Assembly: GCA_977016875.1 (NCBI GenBank)
Contig: CDRNST010000027.1
Location: 2,914,001 to 2,978,000 of the forward strand
Length of the DNA stretch: 64,000 bases
Source: Pavona decussata
Taxonomy: Eukaryota
Direction of reading: 5' to 3'
Shown: positions 34,600 to 47,058 of the stretch, one piece after another
Layout: every line of letters starts with the position of its first letter
Position numbering within the stretch: the first letter of the stretch is position 1
Notes under the pieces: generated by a model
Told to the model about the DNA's origin: nothing
The model's database searches: none
Seen by the model: only the letters and a program-made list of their open reading frames with translations
Made by a program: the position numbers and the translations under genes

Positions 34600-34839
34600 G
34601 GGGCCCGTTTCTCGAAAGTCCCGGTAACTTACCGGGTCCGATAAGTATATTTTTAAATGTTTTTTCGCCGATTGCACAGTGATTACAGACATAGTACTTG
34701 GCCAATGTTTTCATAGAATTATAATATTTAAAAATTTAGTATTCAAAGCTAACAAAAATTGACTTCTGTTAAGAAACATTTATAACCAAAATCACTTATC
34801 GGGCCCGGTAAGCTACCGAGACTTTCGAGAAACGGGCCC
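34600..34839. mobile_element. Harbinger-type MITE B (copy 1)
   Basis: Long TIR gggcccgtttctcgaaagtc...gactttcgagaaacgggccc with CTG flanks. A second copy is at 49569. Confidence 0.88.
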
Positions 34840-35755
34840 CTGGTCCTTTACTTGATCCGTGTAAATTTTTAACGAGGTGAATTTATGAAGGAATGCACAT
34901 GTTGGGATATTTACTATGTGACCGTTGGCCACATTAACAGGTTCTCTTAACAGGAAATGTGTCGGCGTTTCGCCTGGACAAAAAATGTGGTCGTATTAAC
35001 GAGATGGCCTTATGACGGAGTTCCACTTTATCTTAACTCTTGTTTCCTAACAAAGCCTATTGTTGTAATAATAACATACTATTTTTCAGAAACACTGAAT
35101 ACTTAGAAAACCTCTTAACTTGGGAGGGCTTCGCAAATCGTGTTCAAAGATTGCATAACTTTATCCAGTGCATAAGTCGCTATCTGATCCAGCTTGTGAT
35201 CTATCCACTCTTTGAGTGATCGCCAGTTCAGTTGAATAGCTTTCATTTGAATGGTCACACCGTACCGGTCTGTACAGCCCTCTAAATAGCACCACTCATT
35301 GATTGAGAAGTTTTATGATAGCTTGTACTTCACTGGCAATAATTCGGGGTTTCAAACATTACAGCAACCTGTTAACTCAACTGCCAAGTCCCCACCTTGA
35401 GCTTGTTTTGCTGGTTCGCTTGCTTAGCTTACCCTCTCGACTGCCACTTCCTCCTTCAGTTTTCCTTCCCTTCCCATTTCTAGCGCCTGTCAATGATGCA
35501 AATAGTGTCATAAGTCGTGCTATAATCACTCCTCACGCAACACTACTCGAAGCGATTAAACGCCCGGTGCATAGCACGTATCGATGGCAATCAATCAATA
35601 TCGATAACCGGCTTTGTGTGTAACCTATTGATTGGGAATCGATCTTTAGCTTTCTGGGAAGTGAAGAGGAGAGATGTTGAGTAATCGATATCAATCGAGC
35701 AATTGGTGTTGATTGGTATTTATTGGTCGTTTGCCGTTGTCGTCGATTGGATAAT

Positions 35756-35834
35756 CGGGAACTTAAGCAACAACGGACGGCGACGGTTAAACGGCAACGC
35801 CGTAAAGCAATAGGTTTAAGAAATCGCTCTGCAC

Positions 35835-35868
<34 letters not shown>

Positions 35869-36143
35869 TTTTGGTACATTACTTTGCCGCCTTCAGCAAA
35901 ACAATAGCGTGAATGACCAAATTCAAGGATTTGTGGAGAACGTGAACACACGACGGGGAATTTTTCGTTCTCTTTCTTAACTTGAACGCGACTCCAACCA
36001 ATTTGGTTCCTGGGTAGTTGACCACTTCTGTCAAGGTTGAACGAGTTAAAATTATCGAGAATTTGCCCAAACAGAAGAAAGTTATGTTTTCAAGTGACGT
36101 TTGCGTTGGCGTTAAGTTGCCGTCGCCGCTGCTTAAGTTTCCT
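35756..36143. mobile_element. MITE
   Basis: gggaacttaagca...cggcgacgg and ccgtcgccgctgcttaagtttcc inverted termini. Confidence 0.75.
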
Positions 36144-37184
36144 AATATCTCCTGCCTAATATTAATAAGGAGGCTGGGCTTTTTTCCCCTAGATAGTAGC
36201 AATTAATTGGCAGGTGGTTTTTATAGAAATAAAATAAACAACATTTTACCATGTTCTGTGATTTGGGTCTTGAACAAACAGCATCATCCACTTACCCACT
36301 TTGTAAGCCTTTCCCAGCGGTCTAAATTCTATGCATATCACGCGCGGATCTTACATGATAATGATGTGCGTTATTCTAAAACCATTGTGTTATAAATACA
36401 AAACTATATTCAATAACTCACTGTTGTATGTCACCACTTAAAGTAATTTCCTACCAGCGGTGACGATGAAAAACCAGCAGAATCCTTTGAATGCGGTAAA
36501 TTAGTTTCATACGACTTTTTGGGGGGGAAATGTTTTTTTTTTTTGTAAATTGTGTTGTGTAATGTAATTTTTTCACGGGACTTTAGGGAAAAGGAACAAA
36601 TAATAACCGGCTTTGACGTCACATCCAAAAGAAAAAAAAAACATTAGTCTGTGGAAACGAATATATGAAGAATAATTGCCCTGATAAACAAGGTGTTGGA
36701 AAATGTGTCATTAATTCGCAAAGAATACAGAAAAAAATAATGAATTTAGTCCAACGAAACTAATCAGTCTACTTTTCAGCAAATTTAAATCTTTTAAATG
36801 AAATCTATGTTCAGATGAACCATTTTAACCCGTCATTATCGATTCCGTTCAGTTCCATTACTAAACATCTTGAAATTGAACAATTGTAAATAATTCATGT
36901 GCACAGTCAGAAACGTATGGAAATCACCCCGAACTCTTTGATACCCTCTTGCAAATCGAACGATTATCAAAACAACGCGCCAAACTGTCAACTGAAGATA
37001 TGACGCACTGTTTACAAAGTAGCAAGGAAAATTATCAGGCTCCACTCGAAAAGAAATATTCAACGCTTGTTTTGAGAAATAAAAAAATGAGATTCTTTTT
37101 GTCTGTGTGATATATAAGCAGAGGGGAAAGATTGAAATAAACATATAAAGCAAGCTGTCTGCTTTTAAGACCGCGTTCGCCAAC

Positions 37185-37270
37185 GGACCAATCACAGAGC
37201 AGCGAATGACACATCAGTTGTTTTACGATTTTACGGCTTTGATCAGCGTGCGCGAGTAGCATTATAAAAT
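37185..37270 (+). promoter_or_regulatory. Putative CCAAT plus TATA promoter of the 37421 ORF
   Basis: ggaCCAATcac at 37188 and TATAAAA at 37263, 75 bp apart and about 150 bp before the ATG. Confidence 0.55.
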
Positions 37271-37420
37271 AGAATACATTGCGGATCACCTATCACGAAA
37301 GACATTTTACTCCCGATTGGAAAGCATGCGTCGAACCGTCTGTTAAGCTAATATTTACATTGAAAATCTTCCTTGAATTTTCGACGTTCGAATGAATTTT
37401 GCGATCACGGAACGCCAGCG

Positions 37421-38074
37421 ATGGATTTTCAAAACAACGGACCTCTCTCTCCTCCGGTGATTATTACTCCAGAAGTTTCAAGTTATCCCACGAAATTTCG
37501 CGTAAAGAAAATTCAATCTCGGACTTCCTTGGCTACCGATCGATTTTCTTGCATTTCTTTTCTTACCACGAGCTATCAGAGCGATCACTCCGTGTGGATT
37601 CCAAGATGGCGAAGCTTGCCTTGCGATCTCGACGAAGAAATCATCTACGACGATTGCCCCGAGTTTTTAAAAGCTTGGTCGCGATATCGCATAACTAATA
37701 TGGCTCGCCGATACAAGACCATGGATTACATACATATGGTTGTTGACGACAACAAGAGAGAAATATATACCGAATTGGACGGCTGTGGCGATTTGTCTGC
37801 GTCTGTTGGTATCTCAGTGAGTAGAGATTTATTGAACTGCCCTGCGGAATATACCGAAACTGGCTCTGGAATCGTACCGCGGAGCGCATCGGACGAAAAT
37901 ATACAATATTGCGACCACGAAAGCGCCGATAAACAATGGAATTTGACTCAAGTGAATTTGAGTCATGCCTTCCCTTCCTCGCGATCTTGTTCCAGCGAAA
38001 ATCTGACAGCCGACCAGAAAAACTTTAACAGGATCGAGAAGTGGCTGCGACGTTGTAACAGTGGGACAACTTGA
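37421..38074 (+). CDS. Uncharacterised 217-aa protein with C-terminal D-x6-IxxWL-x2-C motif (member 1)
   Basis: Uninterrupted ORF, more GC-rich than its flanks, with gcgATGG start context, upstream TATA/CCAAT and the shared C-terminal motif. Confidence 0.75.
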   Translation: MDFQNNGPLSPPVIITPEVSSYPTKFRVKKIQSRTSLATDRFSCISFLTTSYQSDHSVWIPRWRSLPCDLDEEIIYDDCPEFLKAWSRYRITNMARRYKTMDYIHMVVDDNKREIYTELDGCGDLSASVGISVSRDLLNCPAEYTETGSGIVPRSASDENIQYCDHESADKQWNLTQVNLSHAFPSSRSCSSENLTADQKNFNRIEKWLRRCNSGTT

Positions 38075-41000
38075 GAAGTCTATGTGAAAGCGCCGTTCGG
38101 GTCTCCGAAAACCCAAAGTCTTACGATAGAAACTATTGTGTTATCGTTATAAATACGGCTGTCAAGGCAGCTGTTTGTCTTTTAATCAGAGGAAAATTTT
38201 TTGTTTCACAATCCAATCGTCTTTGAAAAAGCGATCCATATATTTTTTTATGTTGAATGTTTATTATCGTTAAGGCAGACAATTTATTTAAACGGCTGTT
38301 CACAATTTTCGGTAGGACGCTCAGGTTAGAAAAGCCTCTATAATCCCTCTTTTAATTATTATGGATATAGGAAAGTTCAATTTTCTGGCAGTGGCTCTCA
38401 ATCTTTGTGTATTTATTCTCTAACCCGTGCTGCAGGCGACTTTACGTTTTGCGTGGTAAAGATATTCGCTTTGGTAGAAGCACAGGCGAACAACAAAAAC
38501 AAGAAAGTGACATCGATGTTTTAAATTTTCTTCATCAACTTTCTTTGGTTGCTCCGCACTGTTTACCTTACAATTTGCATTTTATTTCACGCTAGCTAGC
38601 GTTGTTTAATTTCTTAAGAGGCTTTGCACCCTATTGAAAGATTAAATTTACAAGTATTCCTACATCAGTGCTACATAAAGAATATTACATGTTTATTTCA
38701 GACAGTTCGTGAATTATTTTAGTAGTGCGAATGTCCGAAGCAATAAAATGCATTGGTGACGTCAAAAGGCAATATAAATGCTGTTTTTGTCTGATTATTC
38801 GTTTCAATATCAGATGCTTCCGGTTAACTGATTAAAAATTGTTGAACAAAGAATATAAGGTATTTTTCCTAGCACAAAACAGGTAGATTTGTAAGGAGAT
38901 GGTATAAAAGTTATGAACCAGAACTTAGGTACTGATGTATCGTTTACACTGCTAGTTCGATTCCCGGCCTCACGTGGATGACCGCATGTCAACCATGATA
39001 TTTCTGCAGCTACAGATATGCCATTTTGCATTTATTTACCGCACGCCTTGGCATATGGGATCTTTTATTTCAAAACTGCTAGTATACGAAGGCACGTTAA
39101 AAATTAACCATTATTATTCAGCATAAGATCAAGAGATTTGTTGCTGGGTTAATAACAACAGTGCGCTAATTGCTGAACTCAAAACTGGTACTGTACTGAC
39201 AGTCAAGTCAACAACAACAGCAAGTTTTATTTGCGTGACTGTAGATTCATACACCATACTCAAAGCGTACATTTGCCGAGTTGAAAAAGAAGGAACATAA
39301 TAATACCAAAATATAGAAAAAATACAAGGGTTCTTCGCCAGGAAGAACAGGGGCAGGGGCACCCACAGCGAGCATCTAAGCAAACTACTTTAAAAAAAAA
39401 AAGAAAAAAAAACTTACTCAGATCGCTTTGTGTCCTATGATCTGTTCGGATGCTTTTTTCTGAAAATTTAGGTATCGGAAAGTTCTACGGAAACGGAATT
39501 TACGAGCTGTTGTTGTTTTTACGAAACCACTATCTGACCTGTTTTCGCATTTTAACTACAAATTTGCCCGTCCAAAAACAAAAGGGATTAGTTTTCCTAG
39601 TGTTACAAAAATACGAGCTGACATTTTGCCGAGGAAAAGTTTAGATTTTCTTTACAACCAAATCCGAATTTCTAAGGCCATTAAGTCCATCCGAACAGAA
39701 ATCCATCCATATGAACCGTTGGGTGATCCTGATGAAGAGTTTATGAACAAGTATAAACTATCTTATCGTAACCAGTATGGTATAAACTAGCTACAATTAA
39801 AGTGGCCGGGTACAACGGTAGAAAACAAAACTGATTAAATTGCTTTAAATGAATTTTATCGCTTCGACTGATAACACCTTTAAATAATCACCAACTTGAG
39901 TTACTGGTTTTGTCTGTTTATTTTTGTTGTTTTTTGTTTTTGATTTTTATTGTATATGTGTTTTAATTATTCAAAATCCGGCACGTTGAATAGTATACTT
40001 TTGGGCAAAACAAGCGATTTATACAAAAATTAACATGAAATTCTTTCATTTTTATTTATTTCAGGTGCTATGTATACACTGACCTGACAATTTGCCTTCC
40101 GAAAGCGAAAATTAAAGTACTTGGCGCACTAAAAATCCATTTGCGGCAAGTGATTGATCACGGTCCTTAACTTGATTATCCGTGCAGGCACTTAAATTTC
40201 CAATTTCGAGTTCAAATATGCTGTTTACCTTTAGGGACCGTTTACATCAACAGCTCTAATGGACTATCAATCAACCTCTTATTCTGTTATTTGCGATCAA
40301 CTGAATGGACTCAAGACAAGGACTGCCAGCTCAACTTTGATGTTGTGACGGTTGTATGAGAGGATGGTAAGATGTAAAAGAACCTATCATTTAATAGGAC
40401 CATTTCAGGACCGCTTCCACTGGGAAGTTTAAGGATATTGTAGGCTTGTAGTGGTGCTTCATTTTAAATGCGATCCCAAGTCACTGACTGTAAACTAGGT
40501 GTAATTTTGTAACGATTTCGCGGCGATTAACTTCTGATTTTGTTGCGAAGATAACCGCATTGGTCATGTGATATACGCACTCCTCCAATAGTACGAAATT
40601 AGAATCAAATCATCGTAATCGCTACTAACCGATCGAAAATAAAATTTCCCGCACGTTAAGGGTTTGTGAACGGCTCTTTTTAAAATGATAACACTACTGA
40701 CTCACTGACTGACTGATTGAGCTGTGGCTTGGCAGAATCGCAAGAACTAAAGTTGAGGACGCTGAGATAGTAGGGAGGAGTGAATATTTTTCTCAGTCCT
40801 CACGGCTTCTTCACTGTCTCGTGTTCTTTACCCTACCGCTGCAACTTAGCGTTTGTATTTAGTTGAATGTTATTTCTTTGTGACCAATGTAAATCGAATA
40901 AAGGTTCTGATAAAAACCCCAAAACTTTGCTGCACTATTCGAACAATAGTGGGAAAGCATATCAACAGCCAAGGTAATTTCAATTGAAACAAATAGTAGT

Positions 41001-43036
41001 TCTAAATATGCGTCTTCCCCTGTCAAGTGCATCACAGACGTGACTGATCGGCTAAAATCGTGACACTATTTTTAATAAGAAGATTTTTTTTCTTTTTCAC
41101 TTAACTGCAAGACATTGTTTAATCAAAGGGATTGACAATAGCCAATAGATCCCTGAAATTTTGATGCTCCAGGGACGTTTTCTCAAAAGATGAAATAAAT
41201 TAACGTAACGATCAATCAGTTGTCCATTTACATTGGCAGTTGTGACTGCAGATTTCGCTCCTAAATTGCGCTTTAGAAATGAACAAACTTGGGCAAAGAA
41301 TTAATATCAACTATTTTCATGCTGGGACACAAAACTGCGAAATAACAGTCACTTGCCATAGAGTTGATTTTCTTGTTAATGGGGATTGCTTATTGCACCG
41401 TAATAAACAGCACGGGAGGAAAGTTTCATTCAGCGAATTTTCACACATGAAAGATTTCATCCACAGACTCAAAATCTAGAGCCACCTTGTATAACACTCA
41501 ATAAACAACACTATTTAGCAGTATTCAACGGGTCACCTGTTCAGACTTCATACACAGACTCAAAAGACATCAGCGTGGTGTTGGACAGTATAAACAGCAC
41601 CACAGGCAAATATTACTGCGCATGCACGAACTGATTACTGGACAGTACCACTAGTACTTCTCGGTTGAGGACAATGTTATCAGTTTGTATTTGTGATCCA
41701 CGGAGATGGTTACATAAAGAGCCAAGTTATTCCATTCAGGCCCTCTTGGAGGAAAAGGTCAAGGACTGATTGGAAATGAACTCAAGATTAAAGAGCGTGA
41801 CTGGGTTAATTCCTGAGACACTAAAGGCATAGTCACTAGGCAATTTGTCTTGGAACTTCTTTGAGCAATTTCTTTGAGCCGTTGCGTATTGCAACATGCA
41901 CATGCCCTGCAATGAACTTGCCTCGCAATGTTTTTCTTTGTTGCAATTACCGTTGAACGAAATAGAACCGACCTCTACTTTTCGCAACGGTTGCGGTACT
42001 GAACAAAAAAAATTTCGAGACATGCTAATTTCATGGCATGTTACACTAAGCAACTAAACGTGCAACTTGAATGAAGTATGCGAAATGAAGTAGGTAAACA
42101 TGACAAGTTTTATAGACACAGTGAATGTAATGTTTAAACATTATTGAACATACCGTCAGAAGCTAAATAACTGTAGTATAAAATCACCCATCTATGCCTT
42201 TTTTATTCGTACAAAAACGTAACCATAGCGAGTCCAAAGACGTCATTAAAGTAAATCGATTGAGTTCATTGTTAGGTACTGAAACGCTCTTCCACTGAAA
42301 CGTGCAGACGACTGACTGAATCCTAATGCTAATACGGTACATATAGTCTGAGCTAAATAAAGAACTTTTCAATCAACCTTTGTGCGTGATATGTCACTAA
42401 TCAAACAATGAATTGATCAATTTGAAAACACAAAGCGTGATGGCTGCGACTGAAAAGCGCTTGAACAACGAGAATGAGGCCACTTTTATAACTTGCGCAA
42501 CAGATCCACTGGTCAGGTCCTGGTCGACCAACTTTCATTTCTGTAAAATAATTATTTATTATTATAAGAATTTATGGGATCTCTCTGAAAAAATTAACTT
42601 GCGACGTGTAGTTCATGTGTAAGTTACATGTTTAAGTAGAAATCAGTGTTGACGCCTGTGAGACTGATTTTCCTGTTCGTTGTTTGCTGTGCCGGTTAAA
42701 AGACCCATTTTGTGAAAGTCTGAAACGGTCTCTGTTTGCGCTCACTTGCGTCACCGTTACTAAAAAGAAAATTGATTAATTTGCATTCAACCGGAATACA
42801 CTTTTTTCTTCATTCGGTAACAAAAATTGCCAATTGACCGAGCTCTTCATCAAGGAGTGGAAGTCATTTTTTTCTTCCAATTTCTGGAGGTTTGGAGCTC
42901 AGAAGAAAATCGCCAAGTTTTTCTTGAAAGGTCAAAGAGAATCGAAGTTACTAAGTGAAAGGTGTCGCACGTATACAAAAACGCTATCTTGGACGGTGGT
43001 GGACTGCAGCAAAATTATTGTAAGCAATCTCTTGGC

Positions 43037-43852
43037 ATGGAAGAAAGCGTTCAAAATAATCCTCCGTTTCTACCAGAATTGTGGCACACGGCAAGAATGA
43101 TCAGCTTTGGAAATGATGGAGGGAAAGCGGCGACTGGAAGTTTTCTAGTAAGTGCGCCATCCACCTGCAGGCCGGAAGCGCAAGGAAAGGTTGTTGCATT
43201 TCGGCGACGAAGGTTAAGAGTTCAATGTCCGCAAGGGTCAAACAAAGTAGAGTTTTGTTTTAATAATGCAGAGATGGCTTCAAAAACTAACAAAATTAAT
43301 CTTCGGGATGACAAAAATCGTCGCACAAGGGAAATCTCTGTTGACGATTTTCCAGTCAACGTTACCGCAGGTAGAGAGGTGTTAAAGTGGGTAACTCAGG
43401 CTAATGGTGGAGCTGAAGAAGAAAAATGTGCACGTGAAGTGAATAAAGCAGACGAAGAAGATTACGGAAGCGAAGGTACGAAAAGAGAAGACGGATGTTC
43501 TGTTGATTTATCCGCCGTTAGCAACGTGGGACTGACTTCTTCCGTCACAAAAAGGCTGACCAATAGGAAGCAACTAAAGTCTTTCATGGAACTTGACGCT
43601 TCACTCTCACATCATGTTTTTACTGACACTCACTTGGAGAAAATTAACAAGGAAAAACAAAGACCAAGTCCCAGTTTTCTTGACAGCTTTGAGAGGGGAC
43701 TGGGAAGTAACGTAAACTTTTGCCGCCAAAGAATGCAGATGACTGAGAGCCTCGCGCGGAATCCCTGTACGAATCTTGATATAACAAAGAAAGCTATGAT
43801 TAACAACTGGCTTATTGATGTTGCTATAGAGAGAGGTAGATGCACCGAATAG
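43037..43852 (+). CDS. Uncharacterised ~271-aa protein with C-terminal D-x6-IxxWL-x2-V motif (member 2)
   Basis: Long ORF with ggcATGG start context (alternative ATG at 43097), charged disordered composition and the shared motif. Confidence 0.72.
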   Translation: MEESVQNNPPFLPELWHTARMISFGNDGGKAATGSFLVSAPSTCRPEAQGKVVAFRRRRLRVQCPQGSNKVEFCFNNAEMASKTNKINLRDDKNRRTREISVDDFPVNVTAGREVLKWVTQANGGAEEEKCAREVNKADEEDYGSEGTKREDGCSVDLSAVSNVGLTSSVTKRLTNRKQLKSFMELDASLSHHVFTDTHLEKINKEKQRPSPSFLDSFERGLGSNVNFCRQRMQMTESLARNPCTNLDITKKAMINNWLIDVAIERGRCTE

Positions 43853-44540
43853 CTTTGAGAGTTTGAGAGGTACTAATTTCCAAATGAGTCTATTTTGTTT
43901 TTAAGAAGACAACCCATACGTTTGCTTGACTGATTTTCAAAATGGCATAGACATATATACCATCCCGGATCATTCAAACCCGCTAAGATGTCTGAATAGT
44001 GGAGTTATGGTGACTATTAATAATTTATCACTATTAAAAAGGCTGGTGACGTGAATCAAAAATTGACACAATGAAAGTGTAAGGCTAAAAGTTTATAGTT
44101 TTGATTTTTTTTTTCGTTGAGCTACTGATCGTTTCCAAGACAACATGACTATTAATAAACCAGGCCAAAGAAATGGGTTTTGTTTTGTTTGTAGAAAATT
44201 CTTTTATTAGATTCGTATACGTCATTTGTCTGTTATCAACGTATAAAAATGCTCTTGCGTTTACACTGTCGTCTCCTTTAATTTCAACATACCATTTTTT
44301 CGTAAATTGTTCTATTTTTGTTCCAAGATATTAAAACTTCCTTTGAGTTTTTATTTTATTTTATTTTATTTAATAGCAACATACAGTGCACAATCGTGCG
44401 GAGCATAAGGGAAAGTAATAAATAATACAAAATAAGAGGGTAACAGAAAACATTACAAGCACAGTAAGGTACATATTGGCAAAGCTAAATATTGGATCCT
44501 GCTCACTAACAGTGATCGGCGCTGACTTAATAATTAATAA

Positions 44541-46430
44541 GGTGGTCTTCCACTCAAAATTTGAAAAATTTCCCTGTTGGTTGGCACAAATTCTTTTTGT
44601 ACCAATGGTCAGATCATCACTTGGTGATACAAGTGATTGGTGATGACAACTTTGATTGACATTCTGTTGGTATGGTAACCATGCCACGGACCCCAACAGT
44701 GAAAATAGTGGTACTGGCCTCGGAAAGGATATCTCTGAAAGGTATTGAACGTTTTGAGATGAACGAAACATTAATATAAAGTACAATAATAGTTCTATAC
44801 CGTGAACCTTTTAAACCCAATATTTTTAATGTTTGTAGTACTTTATCTAGCTACTTTTTTCTCAGTTTTGGAAAAATTAAAGGCTTCAAGATACTTAATG
44901 AATAAAACGAGAGTGATAAGAGGAGATATCAAGACTTTTTTTAGCTTCCCAGCATGAAACTACATTATGAGAAACAACTGTGAAAGTTCGGTGTGAATCA
45001 GGGAAATAATTTATGAGATATTCTTCAGAGCATTTTGCTTTAAAGTTTCAGAATAGGCTACGCCCTCTTTTTGTTGTGCCTTATCAGTTATTCTCTTCCT
45101 TTTTCCTCAAAGCAATCTTGTTCTTGTCTTGTTTTATGGACGTTTCTTATAGAGTTTGCTTTTGCCACTCAAATTCTGTCAGAATGTTAACAGCCAGTCA
45201 TACAAAACTCTCCAGGAGAGATTCCAAGCTTGTCAAATACGTTGGTACAAGCCTGGAATCCAATGTTAATAAGGGCTATACAGCGTCATAAATGCCCAGC
45301 TGTAGTACTTCGGCACCCACAAAAACACCTTTAGGTACGCGCTCCCAAAACATTCCATTAAGGCCTCATTTCGGTTTTGAGTTTTGCCATCTAGACATCA
45401 GCTACTAATGAAAGTCATCCTCACTCAACTTGGCATAAATAGGTTTTCGTTCAACAATTATGTCTAAGGGCAATCAATTAAATTCAATTCAATTTTATTT
45501 ACACTTATTCAACTGAAATACAATATATTTTTATAGTAAAAAAATAGACATGCAGAGCATTGTATTTAAGTGATTTTACCTTCTAGGAAAGAAGTGAGTA
45601 GTGGCCAAAGGAGCAAGACTTTCGTTTTGGCCACTACCTCTGTGCACTTACAAAAATGGGGGGAAGTAGAATTTATAAAACTGTTTGTAGAGCTCTGTTA
45701 ATTAAATTAGGCTTGGGAGAGGAAAATACATCAGTAAGGGAAAAAGTGTTTACAGTAAATAGATAAGTATATAGTGTAAGTTAAATTAATATATATTATT
45801 CATGTTTGGCTGTACATGTCAAGTAGCAAAAGTTTGTCTTATAGCAACAGGTTTGAAACAATTGGTTCTGTTGGCTCTGTCCCACATAAACCCACACAGT
45901 CAAGCTGTCTGCTCCTCCTGGGCAATATTACAAGTGCAAACTCCTATCTGCTGAGGAGGCACAACTGAGCGCATAACATATCGAACTGTTAACCTGAAAG
46001 GTACGATTATGTTGAGAAGAGGTGAAGAAATCTTTTTTCCAATCACATGAGGGACAAAACAAACGGAGGCTTGACGCACATCCCTTCGGGTTGGCAGTCT
46101 GCTCTTGCAAAACTAAGCAGCATTCGAAGCACTCCCTGTAAGGAAAAGCCTTCGTATTAACAAACCTAAATACGCTGGTTCGTGCACTCTTCTCACAATC
46201 GTTATTTTTAAGCTTTTTGGTCCCTTTACTAGAGAACATTTTCCCGGCAGAAGCAGAATTACTCGTGTCTTTCTAAATCGAGGGGCCAATCACTCGTGCC
46301 AGTAGTCTTGTTTTCCTGTTAAGAATGCCGATTTCCATAAAATTCGCGTTCCTTTGGGTAACCAGTGCGGGCTTTAGGTAAACCGAACAAAAACGACAAA
46401 TAATGAAGCTGAAGTTCCCAAAGTTCAACA
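44541..46430 (-). mobile_element. Decayed DDE DNA transposon (Kolobok- or Mutator-like transposase remnants), internally deleted and interrupted
   Basis: Minus-strand fragments in order: LPKARTGYPKEREFYGNR (~46330-46385), CFEC..KGCASSLRLFCPSCDW..FFTS..FQVN (~45985-46140), and CLDGKTQNRNEAL..WERVPK.VFVG..LGIYDAV (~45280-45400), with frameshifts and stops. Candidate terminus (a)taa|ggtggtc at 44541. Confidence 0.7.
45475..45830 (-). mobile_element. Probable LINE 3' end inserted into the transposon remnant
   Basis: (ttcaa)n-type tail next to ttttattt (AATAAA on minus) and a hairpin gtagtggccaaa...tttggccactac. Confidence 0.45.
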
Positions 46431-46855
46431 CGCGTTATAAACACCTTCAAAACGGGTCTTAAATGCGTTCAAAACGAGTTCAAAACCAAACGCGTCAAAA
46501 ACGCGTTTAATACGCGTTCAAACCGCGTCCAAAACGCGTTCAAAGCGCGTAAAAAACGCGTTCAAAACGCGACTTTGAACGCGTTCAAAAGGCGTTCCAA
46601 GTTCGTTCAAAACGCGTTCCAAACACGTTTAAAACGCGTTTTGAAAGCGTTTTAAACGCGTTCGGAATGCGTTCTAAACTCGTTTAAAACGCGTTCAAAA
46701 AGCCTTCCATAACGCGTTTGAAACACGTTCTAAACGCGTTTTAAACGCGTTCTCAATGGGTTTTTTGGAACGTGTTCCAAACGCGTTTAAAACGCTATTA
46801 AAACGCATTCAAAACGCAATTCAAACGCGTTCCAAACGCGTTCAAGATGCGTATC
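46430..46855. repeat. CpG-rich short-period satellite (~11-bp unit built on AACGCGTT)
   Basis: Dozens of degenerate aaaacgcgttc units in both orientations. Confidence 0.9.
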
Positions 46856-46863
46856 GTATCTTT

Positions 46864-47058
46864 GAGAATTGGTTCATGCTTAGTGTGCGTATATCGAGTT
46901 ATGGATGCACGAGGGAAGTTGGGAGAGCACGAGAGAAGCGTAAGAGTTACTCGAGGCGTAGCCGAGAGCAACTCTAGCTTCTTGAGTGCTCTCCAAACTT
47001 CCCAAGTGCATCTATAACTCGATAAACGCGCAGCTAAAAGTATGAACCAATTCTTTTA
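46864..47058. mobile_element. Fold-back (hairpin) repeat element
   Basis: agaattggttcat...tatcgagttat.gatgcac...ggaagtt.gg.agagcac pairs with gtgctctccaaacttcc...gtgcatc.ataactcgata...atgaaccaattct. Confidence 0.75.

Noticed and set aside
40065-40366. Candidate exon bounded by tttcag| and |gtaaga between members 1 and 2
   Set aside because: No ORF, and splice-like sites alone are insufficient without RNA evidence.
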